A DNA stretch of 64,000 nucleotides, from positions 5,732 through 69,731 of the forward strand of contig CAWGNK010000003.1 of the NCBI GenBank assembly GCA_963823945.1, in the 5' to 3' direction. The position numbers and the translations under genes are program-made. Shown piece by piece: positions 26,142 to 34,992 of this stretch. Below the pieces are notes generated by a model. That model did no database searches and was not told the origin of the DNA. It saw only the letters and a program-made list of their open reading frames with translations. The stretch is from an uncultured Acidimicrobiaceae bacterium. GTDB taxonomy: Bacteria > Actinomycetota > Acidimicrobiia > Acidimicrobiales > Bog-793. The first letter of the stretch is position 1. Each line of letters starts with the position of its first letter.

Positions 26142-27350
26142 ATGGCCCGTTTCACATACAAGGCGATCGACAAGTCCGGCAAGACCGTGTCGGGCGTGCT
26201 CGCCGCACCGACAGCTGGCGCCGCCCACCTCATGGTGCTCGCCCGTGGGCTGCAGCCCATTGCCGTCGAGGAGAGGACGAGCGTCCTCCAGTACGAGCTC
26301 ACGAAGAAGAAGGTGCCCCGCGAGGAGGTCATGCACTTTTCGCGCCAGTTGGGCGTCTTCGTGAAGGCTGGCATCCCGATCCTCGACTCGCTCGAGATCA
26401 TCGAGGCCGAGACGACCGACAAGCTGTTCAAGAAGGTTCTCCACGACATGGTCGATGCGCTCGCCGCCGGCGACACGTTCGCCCTCGCGGCCGAGGCGCA
26501 CCCTGAGGCGTTCCCCCCGTACTACGTGGGCATGCTCTCCTCGGCCGAACTCGCCGGCAACCTCGACACCGTTCTCACCCAGCTCGCCGACTACATGGAA
26601 CGGGACGCGGATGCACGCGGCAAGGTCACCGCAGCGATGATCTATCCCGGGGTCGTGCTGGGGATGTCAATCGTCACCTTCGTCGTGCTCGGCGTATTCG
26701 TCATGCCACGGTTCAAGGTGTTCTTCCAGTCGCTCCACGCGAACCTCCCGCTCCCGACGAAGATGCTGCTCGACCTCACGAACTTCATCGAGACGAACTG
26801 GTACTTCCTCTTCGGGGGCATCGCCGCCGTCGTGATCCTCATCGCGATCGCCTTTCGCTCGAAGCAGGGCAGGGCACGCATCGACTCCTGGGTGCTGCGC
26901 ATGCCCGTCATCGGGGATCTCATCCAGCACGTCATGGTCGAGCGCATCTGCCGGATCCTGTCTTCGATGATCCAGGCGGGAGTGTCCCTCCCCGAGGCGA
27001 TGACGGTCACGTCCGAATCCGTGTCGAACGTCGTGTACAAGCATGGACTCGACACCATCCGGGACGAGATGCTCGAGGGGCGCGGCCTTTCGGAGCCCGT
27101 CGCGAGCACGGACCTGTTCCCGAGCGCCGCGCGCCAGATGATGCGCGTCGGCGAGGAGACCGGAACGCTCGACGAGCAGCTCACGGTCGCCGCCACGTAC
27201 TACGCACGCGAGCTCGATTCCAAGATCAAGCGCTTCACTGGCCTCTTCGAACCCGCGATCATCATCGTCATGGGGGTCGTCGTCGGATTCGTCGCCATCG
27301 CCCTCATTTCCGCGATGTACGGCATCTACCGCCAGGTGAAGGTCACGTAG
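26142..27350 (+). CDS. pilC: type IV pilus platform protein PilC (GspF family)
   Basis: 402 aa. Two T2SSF repeats (FSRQLGVFVKAGIPILDSL; ICRILSSMIQAGVSLPEAM) and three TM segments. Confidence 0.9.
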   Translation: MARFTYKAIDKSGKTVSGVLAAPTAGAAHLMVLARGLQPIAVEERTSVLQYELTKKKVPREEVMHFSRQLGVFVKAGIPILDSLEIIEAETTDKLFKKVLHDMVDALAAGDTFALAAEAHPEAFPPYYVGMLSSAELAGNLDTVLTQLADYMERDADARGKVTAAMIYPGVVLGMSIVTFVVLGVFVMPRFKVFFQSLHANLPLPTKMLLDLTNFIETNWYFLFGGIAAVVILIAIAFRSKQGRARIDSWVLRMPVIGDLIQHVMVERICRILSSMIQAGVSLPEAMTVTSESVSNVVYKHGLDTIRDEMLEGRGLSEPVASTDLFPSAARQMMRVGEETGTLDEQLTVAATYYARELDSKIKRFTGLFEPAIIIVMGVVVGFVAIALISAMYGIYRQVKVT

Positions 27351-27735
27351 TTCGCTTCAGCTCTCGCGGACCCTCGCCCCAGCCGGACCCTCCGTGATTG
27401 ACGTCCATTCCAGTCGGCGCAAGGAAGTGTGTCCGGCTTTCGTCTTGCCCCCTAGCCAGCCACCGCATTTTCGCAAATATCGCCTGGCGCGACTAGACGG
27501 CGAGCAGCCCTGGGCGGGAGAGACGCGGGTCGTCCGCGGGTCGCGGCTACCCTGCGTACCTGGCCAAGACGAGACCCGCGACCCCGATGGGGTCAAATGC
27601 GCCCTGGCGGCTGACACATGTTGATCATTGCTCATGCGTCACATGGATCAAAATCCGCCACTTCGCGGATGGCCAGGGCTACTCTTCGTCCGTAGCCCGT
27701 TAGAGCCATCGATCTGAAGAAAGGTACCAGCCATC

Positions 27736-28248
27736 ATGTTCAGCACCTACCGAGAAATGCGCAAGGCCAAGACGGAAGGTCTCGATCAAGAAGGATTCAC
27801 CCTGATTGAACTCCTGATCGTCATCATCATCATGGGCATCCTCGCCGCCGTCGTCGTCTTCGCCCTCGGCGGGGTGACCGGCACGAGCGCGGTCGCCGCG
27901 TGCAACACCGACGTGAAGACCGTCGAAGTCGGCGTCCAGGCGTACTACGCCAACAACAACGCCTACCCGAGCGCGATCACCGGCCTGACGACCGGCGCGA
28001 ACGCCGCCCTCCGGAGCTGGCCGAGCAACAATTCCTACTACTACGTGGGAATTGCGACCTCGGCCACGAACCTCCAGTACATCAACTCGTCCGGTGTCAC
28101 GTCGTACGTGACCACCACCGGTCTCACGGCCGGCCAGGTCTACGTTGACGCCGGCAATCCTCCTGCCTCTCCCGCGACCATCGGCAGCTGGCAGAACTAC
28201 GACTCCTACGTCGTGACCGGCGGCGGCAACGAATGCTCGCTGGCCTAG
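27736..28248 (+). CDS. pilA: type IV major pilin candidate
   Basis: 170 aa. The 20-aa leader ends in G|FTLIELLIVIIIMGILAAVVVFALGG (Glu+5). One Cys near the N-terminal end of the globular part and one 4 residues from the C-terminus. Own 385-bp upstream region and a strong downstream hairpin. Confidence 0.9.
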   Translation: MFSTYREMRKAKTEGLDQEGFTLIELLIVIIIMGILAAVVVFALGGVTGTSAVAACNTDVKTVEVGVQAYYANNNAYPSAITGLTTGANAALRSWPSNNSYYYVGIATSATNLQYINSSGVTSYVTTTGLTAGQVYVDAGNPPASPATIGSWQNYDSYVVTGGGNECSLA

Positions 28249-28280
28249 TCAGCAACACTCTTGATCCCAATTCAGATCGA

Positions 28281-28320
28281 GGACAAAAGGGGTCCGGCTT
28301 CGGCCGGGCCCCTTTTGTCC
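28281..28320 (+). terminator. strong stem-loop downstream of pilA (candidate intrinsic terminator or attenuator before pilT)
   Basis: GGACAAAAGGGGTCCGGC-TTCG-GCCGGGCCCCTTTTGTCC: 18-bp stem (one G-U pair) with a tetraloop, 33 nt after the pilA stop. No U-tract follows, so termination efficiency is uncertain. Confidence 0.6.
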
Positions 28321-28353
28321 TGGCGATGACTCGATGAAGGTGGTCCTAGGCAC

Positions 28354-29424
28354 ATGGTGAACGTCGACACGTCTGCGATTGACGCCTGGCTCGAACTCCT
28401 CTGGGACCACAAGGGCTCGGACCTTCTGCTCTCCGCCGGCTCGCCCCCACGGCTCCGTCTGGACGGCTCGCTCGTCTCGATCCAGGGGGCGTCGGAGCTG
28501 ACGCCGGATGAGGTCAACCGCGTGATCCGTTCCGTGCTCCTCCCCGTGCAGCTCGAGGCATTCACGAAGAACCGGGACTACGACTTCGCGTTCTCGTGGC
28601 AGGGCCGTGCCCGCATGCGCGGCAACGCCTTCAATCAGCGCGGGAGCCCCGCCATGGCGCTGCGCATGATCCCGATGCGGATCCCCAGCTTCGAAGAGCT
28701 GCAGCTGCCCCCGATCATGACCTATCTCGCGAACCTGCCGCGGGGCTTCGTTCTCGTGACGGGTCCGACCGGGTCCGGAAAGTCGACGACGCTCGCGTCG
28801 ATCATCGACTTCATCAACGAGAATCGCGCCGTCCACGTGCTCACGATCGAGGACCCGATCGAGTACCTCCACCACCACAAGCGCGCGCTCGTCAACCAGC
28901 GCGAGGTCGGCGTCGACAGCCCGTCGTTCGAACGCGCGCTGCGCGCCTCGCTGCGCGAGGACCCCGACGTCATGCTCATCGGCGAAATGCGCGACCTCGA
29001 ATCGATCCAGATCGCCCTGACGATGGCCGAGACCGGTCACCTCGTGTTCGGGACGCTCCACACCTATGACGCACCACAGGCGATCGACCGGATCATCGAC
29101 GTGTTCCCCGCCGACAAGAAGGATCTCATCCGTATCCAGCTGGCCGGATCGCTCGGCGCGGTGGTCGCCCAACGCCTCGTCAACCGGGTCGGAGGGGGCC
29201 GGGTCGGGGCTTTCGAAGTGCTCCTCGCCAACAACGCCTGCCGCGCGCTGATCCGTGAGGGAAAGACCTACCAGCTCCGCAATGTGATCGCGACAAACCA
29301 GCGCGAAGGCATGCAGACGCTCGAGATGAGTCTCATCGCGCTGATGAACGCCGGCACGATCACGTATGACTCCGCCGTCGAGACGTCGATGTACCCCAAG
29401 GACCTAGCCCGCGCGGTGACGTAG
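28354..29424 (+). CDS. pilT: twitching-motility/retraction ATPase PilT
   Basis: 356 aa. Walker A GPTGSGKSTT, LREDPDVMLIGEMRD, AETGHLVFGTLHT, and the PilT-type C-terminal region. Confidence 0.9.
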   Translation: MVNVDTSAIDAWLELLWDHKGSDLLLSAGSPPRLRLDGSLVSIQGASELTPDEVNRVIRSVLLPVQLEAFTKNRDYDFAFSWQGRARMRGNAFNQRGSPAMALRMIPMRIPSFEELQLPPIMTYLANLPRGFVLVTGPTGSGKSTTLASIIDFINENRAVHVLTIEDPIEYLHHHKRALVNQREVGVDSPSFERALRASLREDPDVMLIGEMRDLESIQIALTMAETGHLVFGTLHTYDAPQAIDRIIDVFPADKKDLIRIQLAGSLGAVVAQRLVNRVGGGRVGAFEVLLANNACRALIREGKTYQLRNVIATNQREGMQTLEMSLIALMNAGTITYDSAVETSMYPKDLARAVT

Positions 29425-29640
29425 GCAGCCGTACCGGGGAGCGTGTTCGACGCCACGTGGTCTCTGTCCGCCCGCGGCGGCAACCCGCAGGACGATCGTG
29501 CGCCGCCGATTCTCGTCTGAGATCCCGCCGGCCAAGGCTGTCGCCGACGTGTCCGGTGTCGCGGCCGGCCCGTAGGTCACGATGAAGGCGACGCACCGGT
29601 CGCGATTCTCCCCGCGCCGCTCGTCGGTCAGGTCGGCCAT
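29404..29640 (-). CDS. possible small hypothetical protein (78 aa), convergent with pilT
   Basis: ATG 29640 within ORF 29404..29658, with GGAG 5 nt upstream. Third-position G/C is very high for the first roughly 50 codons and then decays. No motif. Overlaps the pilT 3' end by 21 nt. Confidence 0.25.
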   Translation of the reverse strand: MADLTDERRGENRDRCVAFIVTYGPAATPDTSATALAGGISDENRRRTIVLRVAAAGGQRPRGVEHAPRYGCLRHRAG

Positions 29641-29927
29641 GGGTGGCTCCGGGCGCACCGCCCGCGCCGCCTACCCAGTTGCGCGGCGGGTTGGCTGACC
29701 GTCTACCGTCCCGAACATGCGATCCTTCACTCACCCGCCCCGCCATCCCGGCAGGGGGGCCCGACGCGCCAAGCCACCCCCCGCCTGCCATTCCCGTCAA
29801 CGCCGGCCGCTCCAGGGGGCGTGGGAGCCGTTCTGTCGGAGGTGCCGGTGCCGGCCTGCACCGCGTCCGTAACGGGGAAACCGTGGCGGCGACCGATTCC
29901 GAGCCCACTCCGATCCCGGTATGCCCG

Positions 29928-31784
29928 ATGGAGCGAGTAATGGCCAAATCCGACCGGGGCATTCAGCGAGGCGGGCGTCACCCCAGGTGGCACGCGGCGG
30001 CGGTGACGCTCGTCTACGCCGCGCTCGCGGTCGCGGCGTTCCTCCCCGTCGGGCCACTCGACGACAGCCGTATCGTCTCGCGGCTCCCGAGCGACACCAT
30101 GGCCGTCGGATGGTTCCTCGCCTGGCCGGCCTATGCGCTGGCGCACGCCCACAACGTGCTGTTCACGAACTGGCTCGACCATCCGACGGGCGTCAATCTG
30201 CCCGTCAACCAGTCGATGCCGCTGCTCGGCGTGGTCATGGCCCCCGTGACGCTTCTGTTCGGTCCGTTCGCGACGATCAACCTCACCCTGCGGCTCGCCT
30301 TCGTGGCCTCGGCGCTCGCGATGTTCTTCGCCCTGCGACGGTTCTGCGTGCGCGACCTTTCGGCCTTCCTCGGCGGCCTCGTCTACGGGTTCTCGCCGTT
30401 CATCGTCGCCCACAGCGCCGTCAACCAAGACTTCACCTTCGCGCCGCTCCCGCCGTTGATCCTCCTCGCCCTCTACGGACTCGCACACGACGACGACCGC
30501 AAGGTCCTCACGACTGGCCTGCTGCTGGGCCTGGGCATCGCAGCCCAGCTCTATCTCAACCCCGAGATGGCGATGGACACTCTCGTCGTCGCCGGGTTCA
30601 CGGTCGTCATCTGCGGCACCGCCGCGGCGCGGCGGATCGGGAGGGCACGAGTGGTCCGCTTCTTGCGGGGCTGCGGCATCGCCGCCGGCACCGCCTTCGT
30701 GCTTTCGGCGCCATTCCTCTGGTACTACCTCGCCGGGCCGCAGCACCTCCACGGGTCGGTCGTCGCTCCCTCGATCCTCGCCGTGTTCCACACCGACCTC
30801 GCGGGACTCGTGACACCCGGCCGGAACCAGCTGCTCGCCTCGACGAGCGTCAACGCCACCGGCAACGAGTTCATGGCCGGGATGACCAACGAGATCGGGA
30901 CCTATCTCGGCGTCCCTCTCCTCGCCGGCCTCGTCTGGTTCGTCGCGCGCAACTGGCGTAGGGCCGTCGTGTCGGTGAGCGCGGTGACGTTTCTCGTCGC
31001 GCTCGTGCTCTCGCTCGGCCCGCGGCTCAGCTTCGACAACCACGTGCTGCCGATACCGCTCCCGGACCGGGCCCTCGACCTCCTGCCGCTCTTCGGTCGA
31101 CTCGAGAGCGTCCGCTACTTCCTCCTCGTCGATCTGGCAGCGGCGGTGATCCTCGCCGTGGGCATCGACCTCGTGCTGTGCGAGTGGCAGCCCCGCGCCT
31201 TCGTCGCCCGCCACGTGCGGATCGACCGTGCCCGCCTCGCCGGCGGTCTCGTCGTCGCCGCCGTGCTGTTGTTCCCGCTCATCCCGCGCTGGCCGTACCC
31301 GTCGGAACCGACCGACGTGCCGAGCTACTTCACGTCGTCGTCGGTGGACCGCATCACGACCGGGGCCGCCGTCCTCACCTACCCGTACGCCGAGCCGGAC
31401 AACGTCAGCGCCGAGATCTGGCAGCTGGCGGCGGGGCTTCGCTTCCGCCTCGTAGGCGGCTACGCCTACGTCGCCGACAACGGCGGACAGCCCTTCGGCA
31501 ACCCGCCGATCCATCCGGGAACGGTCGTCTCGTTGCTGCGGACCGCCTATGTGGACTACCTTGCACCCCCCCCGGCCGACACGGCGACGTACCGCGCGAT
31601 CCGGGCCGGGCTACGCGAGGCCCGGATCGACGACTTCGTGATGGCGATGCGGGGAGCGCACCCCGGGCTCGTGCGGGCCGAGATGACCGCCGCCCTCGGG
31701 CGGCGGCCGGTGGCCGCCGGCGGCGTCCTCGTCTGGTACGACGTGCCACGGGACCTCGCCGCCTTTCGGCCGGCGCCACGCTAG
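29928..31784 (+). CDS. large polytopic membrane protein, function unknown (GT-C-like topology suspected)
   Basis: ORF 29643..31784 trimmed to ATG 29928 (alternative 29940). About 12 hydrophobic segments in the first roughly 430 aa, then a soluble C-terminal domain of about 190 aa. Located between pilT and pilD. Confidence 0.75.
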   Translation: MERVMAKSDRGIQRGGRHPRWHAAAVTLVYAALAVAAFLPVGPLDDSRIVSRLPSDTMAVGWFLAWPAYALAHAHNVLFTNWLDHPTGVNLPVNQSMPLLGVVMAPVTLLFGPFATINLTLRLAFVASALAMFFALRRFCVRDLSAFLGGLVYGFSPFIVAHSAVNQDFTFAPLPPLILLALYGLAHDDDRKVLTTGLLLGLGIAAQLYLNPEMAMDTLVVAGFTVVICGTAAARRIGRARVVRFLRGCGIAAGTAFVLSAPFLWYYLAGPQHLHGSVVAPSILAVFHTDLAGLVTPGRNQLLASTSVNATGNEFMAGMTNEIGTYLGVPLLAGLVWFVARNWRRAVVSVSAVTFLVALVLSLGPRLSFDNHVLPIPLPDRALDLLPLFGRLESVRYFLLVDLAAAVILAVGIDLVLCEWQPRAFVARHVRIDRARLAGGLVVAAVLLFPLIPRWPYPSEPTDVPSYFTSSSVDRITTGAAVLTYPYAEPDNVSAEIWQLAAGLRFRLVGGYAYVADNGGQPFGNPPIHPGTVVSLLRTAYVDYLAPPPADTATYRAIRAGLREARIDDFVMAMRGAHPGLVRAEMTAALGRRPVAAGGVLVWYDVPRDLAAFRPAPR

Positions 31785-31827
31785 AGGCCTGCGGGCCGCG
31801 CGCGCCCTTGGCCGCGCCGCGCGGCGG

Positions 31828-32601
31828 TCAGCCGACGTGGAAGGGGCGAAGGATCCCCGCACCCGCGAAGACGGCGATCTCGGTGCCGATGGCGAGGAAG
31901 GGACCGAAGGGCACCTGGGTCGTGAGATCGGCGCCTTTCATCACGATCAGGCCGATCCCGACGACGGATCCGACGAGACTGGCGAGCAAGAACCCCACGA
32001 ACACGTAGCCGACGCCGAGCCAGCCGAGCGACACTCCGAGGCAGAAGACGAGCCGCACGTCGCCGAAGCCGAGCCACCGCGGGTTCACGGCGTTGATCGC
32101 GAAAAAGAGGCCGAACCAGGCCGCCCCGGCGCAGGCCGCGATGACGAGGCGCCGCCAGTCCCCCGTCTCACCCGAGGCGAGCGCGAGGAGCGCGCCGACG
32201 AGGATCGTCACGAGGTAGACGATCTGCTTGGGCAGCTTGCGCTGCTCGAGGTCGATCGCCGCCAGCACGAGCAGGCCGGCGGCCAGCACCACGTAGGCCG
32301 GTAGCGGCCAGGCTGACCCGAAGCGCGCGGCCGTCCCGGCGAACAGGCCGGCCGTCGACAGCTCGACGATCGGGTACTGGGCCGAGATCGGCGCCCGGCA
32401 GGTCCGGCACCGCCCGCGGAGCACGAGGTAGGACACCACGGGGATGTTGTCGAGCGCGCCAAGCGTCGTGCCGCAGCTCGGGCAGCGCGAACGGGGCGCC
32501 ACGATCGACTCGCCGCGGGGCACCCGGTAGATCACGACGTTCAGGAACGAGCCGAAGACCAGTCCGAACAGGCCGAGACCGACGACGAGCGCGACGAACA
32601 C
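31828..32601 (-). CDS. pilD: prepilin peptidase (A24 family)
   Basis: 257 aa. N-terminal CPSCG...CRTCR zinc motif. Catalytic Asp contexts AAIDLEQRKLP and GFGDVRLVF. Confidence 0.9.
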   Translation of the reverse strand: MFVALVVGLGLFGLVFGSFLNVVIYRVPRGESIVAPRSRCPSCGTTLGALDNIPVVSYLVLRGRCRTCRAPISAQYPIVELSTAGLFAGTAARFGSAWPLPAYVVLAAGLLVLAAIDLEQRKLPKQIVYLVTILVGALLALASGETGDWRRLVIAACAGAAWFGLFFAINAVNPRWLGFGDVRLVFCLGVSLGWLGVGYVFVGFLLASLVGSVVGIGLIVMKGADLTTQVPFGPFLAIGTEIAVFAGAGILRPFHVG

Positions 32602-32771
32602 GACCGGCTACGCCTCGGGAATCCCGCCGGGTCGCGCCCGGCACCAAAGATCGGACCGCGTTCGCATATGTCACCGAGGCTACGCGCGCCGGGCCCGCGA
32701 AGCGGTGACCGACCCGCGGCGCCTGTTTGCCAATAGTGCGATGTGGGCCGATCGGCCCTATATTCCGGAAC

Positions 32772-34139
32772 ATGCACGGTTGGAACAGTGATGTTGAACG
32801 TCTCGCGGACGATGTTCTCGCCTACACGAAGATGCGCCTGCAACTCGACCCGCTCCCCCTCGACAACACCCGCTCGCTGGCCAAGCTGCAGCGCGAGGCG
32901 GGAGAGACGATCACCGCCGGGGGCCTCGGAGGAGCCGAGGCACTGCGGATCTTCACCGAGGTGCTCGCACCCGCCTGCATCACCGCCAGCCACCCCCGCT
33001 TCCTCGCCTTCATCCCGTGCGCCCCCACGGAGGCCTCGATGCTCTTCGACCTCGTCGTCGGCGCCTCCTCGATGAGCGGGAGCAACTGGCTCGAGGCCGC
33101 CGGCGCCGTCTACGCCGAGAACCAGGCGCTCCGCTGGATCGCGGACCTCGCGGGCTTCCCGGCGGGCGCCGGGGGGACCTTCGTGCAGGGTGGGACCAAC
33201 GCCAACCTCTCCGCGCTCGTCACGGCCCGTCACGCCGTGCGGGAACGGTCGGGCGACGCGCCCGGCGGGTCCCGCCGCTGGGCGATCGCCGTGAGCCCCG
33301 ACGTGCACTCGTCGCTCGGCGAGGCGGCCGAGGTGATGGACATCGACCTCGTCGTCGTCGAGGTCGGCGACGACCGCCGCCTGCGCGGCGACGCCCTCGC
33401 CCGCCGTCTCGACGAGATCGACTCCCGCGGCGAGCAACGGGTCTTCGCCGTCGTCGCCTCGGCCGGGACGACGAACCTCGGCGTCATCGACGACCTCCGC
33501 TCGGTCGGTGCCGTCGCCGCCGAACGCGGGATCTGGTTCCACGTCGACGGTGCCTACGGCGCGGCCGCCCTCGCCGCGCCGAGCGCACGGTCACAGTTCG
33601 TGGGCATCGAGCTCGCCGACTCGTTCATCGTCGACCCGCACAAGTGGTTCTTCGCGCCTTTCGACTGCGCCTCGCTCGTCTACCGCCAGCCCGAGCTCGC
33701 CAAGGCGACCCACGCCCAGCACGCGAGCTACCTCGAGCCGCTCGAGACGACCGAGGACTGGAACCCGTCCGACTACGCGATCCACCTGACGAGGCGGGCC
33801 CGTGGGCTGCCGTTCTGGTTCTCGCTCGCGACCTACGGGACCGACGCCTACTCGCAGGCGATCGAGCGCACGCTCGAGGTGGCCCGCTACACGGCGAAGG
33901 CCGTCCATGACCGCGAGTACCTGCGGCTCGTGCGCGAACCGGACCTGACCGTCGTCTGCTTCACGCGCACCGGCTGGTCTCGCGACGCCTACGACCGCTG
34001 GTCGCAGAAGCTGCGCGACGACGGCGTCGCCTTCGTCACACCGACGACCCATCTCGGTGAGGTGATGGCGCGCGTGGCGATCGTCAACCCGCGAACGAGC
34101 GAGTCCGACATCGACGTGGTCCTCGACTCGCTGGCCTGA
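32772..34139 (+). CDS. PLP-dependent amino-acid decarboxylase (group II)
   Basis: ORF 32727..34139; ATG 32772 preferred. PLP-lysine motif DPHKWFFAPFDC and GGTNANLSAL. Confidence 0.8.
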   Translation: MHGWNSDVERLADDVLAYTKMRLQLDPLPLDNTRSLAKLQREAGETITAGGLGGAEALRIFTEVLAPACITASHPRFLAFIPCAPTEASMLFDLVVGASSMSGSNWLEAAGAVYAENQALRWIADLAGFPAGAGGTFVQGGTNANLSALVTARHAVRERSGDAPGGSRRWAIAVSPDVHSSLGEAAEVMDIDLVVVEVGDDRRLRGDALARRLDEIDSRGEQRVFAVVASAGTTNLGVIDDLRSVGAVAAERGIWFHVDGAYGAAALAAPSARSQFVGIELADSFIVDPHKWFFAPFDCASLVYRQPELAKATHAQHASYLEPLETTEDWNPSDYAIHLTRRARGLPFWFSLATYGTDAYSQAIERTLEVARYTAKAVHDREYLRLVREPDLTVVCFTRTGWSRDAYDRWSQKLRDDGVAFVTPTTHLGEVMARVAIVNPRTSESDIDVVLDSLA

Positions 34140-34206
34140 GCCCGGGCGGAGCCTGCGGGGAATCACCCGCCGGCCGGCGACGAGGGGGACGTGGCGAGCC
34201 GACCGC

Positions 34207-34854
34207 TCAGGCCTCGGGTGGCTCGTCGAGACGGGCACGGACCTCGGGAAGCGTGGCGATGCGGCGCGCGAGGTTCACGGCGTGGTCGCCTAGCCGCTCG
34301 TAGAAGCGGGCGACGAGGGTCACCTCGGTCGTCACCGGGTTCGACATCTCCGAAGTCCCGATCTCGTGGGTGAGCCGGTCGTGGAGGATGTCGAGCTCGG
34401 CGTCGGCCTGTTCGAGCACGTTGACCCGCGCCACCCGGTCGGCATAGGAGTCGGCCGCGGCGCTCCACATCTCGAGGGCGACCTCGCTCATCCGCTGGAC
34501 GAGCCCCCGGCTCACCGGCGTCATCTCGGCCCCGAGGCTGCGGACCGCCCGCTGGGCGATGTGCTCCGCGAGGTCGGCGCTGCGCTCGAGCTCCGGCACG
34601 ATGAGCAGGACGCTCACGAAGTGACGGAGCTCGTCGGTCGAGGTCGAGCCGACCTCGATGAGCTGCCAGATCGTGTCGTCGACCTCGCTCGTCAACTCGT
34701 CGACCGCCCGGTCGGCGTCGACGATCGCCTGCCCGATGGCGGGTTCCAGGTTGAGGAGCGACTCCGTCGCGCCGGCGAGCGCCTCCCGCACGAGCGCGAA
34801 GAGCTGGGCGACGCGCTGGTCGACGAGCGAGGAGGGCTGTGTGAAGTCGGTCAT
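34207..34854 (-). CDS. phoU: phosphate-uptake regulator PhoU
   Basis: 215 aa. Two PhoU repeats with E(R/L)xxD motifs (PELERSADLAEHIAQR; ARFYERLGDHAVNLARR). Confidence 0.85.
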   Translation of the reverse strand: MTDFTQPSSLVDQRVAQLFALVREALAGATESLLNLEPAIGQAIVDADRAVDELTSEVDDTIWQLIEVGSTSTDELRHFVSVLLIVPELERSADLAEHIAQRAVRSLGAEMTPVSRGLVQRMSEVALEMWSAAADSYADRVARVNVLEQADAELDILHDRLTHEIGTSEMSNPVTTEVTLVARFYERLGDHAVNLARRIATLPEVRARLDEPPEA

Positions 34855-34992
34855 GACGCCTCGCCACCCTACCTACCACAGACGGAGAATTCGCGAATCG
34901 TTCGCCTGGTGTTCACCTGGATGTCACCTTCTGGTCAGAAAGCAGCGACATTGTTAACCCTCGATGTCATCCGCGCCGGCGCTGGCGAACCG

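Noticed and set aside
27590-27640. Possible sigma-54 (-24/-12) promoter in front of pilA, as in proteobacteria
   Set aside because: TGGCGG...TGTTG does not have the GG-N10-GC spacing or consensus, and this organism type is not expected to have RpoN.
28281-28320. Treating the pilA-pilT hairpin as an inverted-repeat mobile element end or REP element
   Set aside because: I saw only a single copy in the window, and its position immediately after a highly expressed gene fits a transcriptional terminator or attenuator better.
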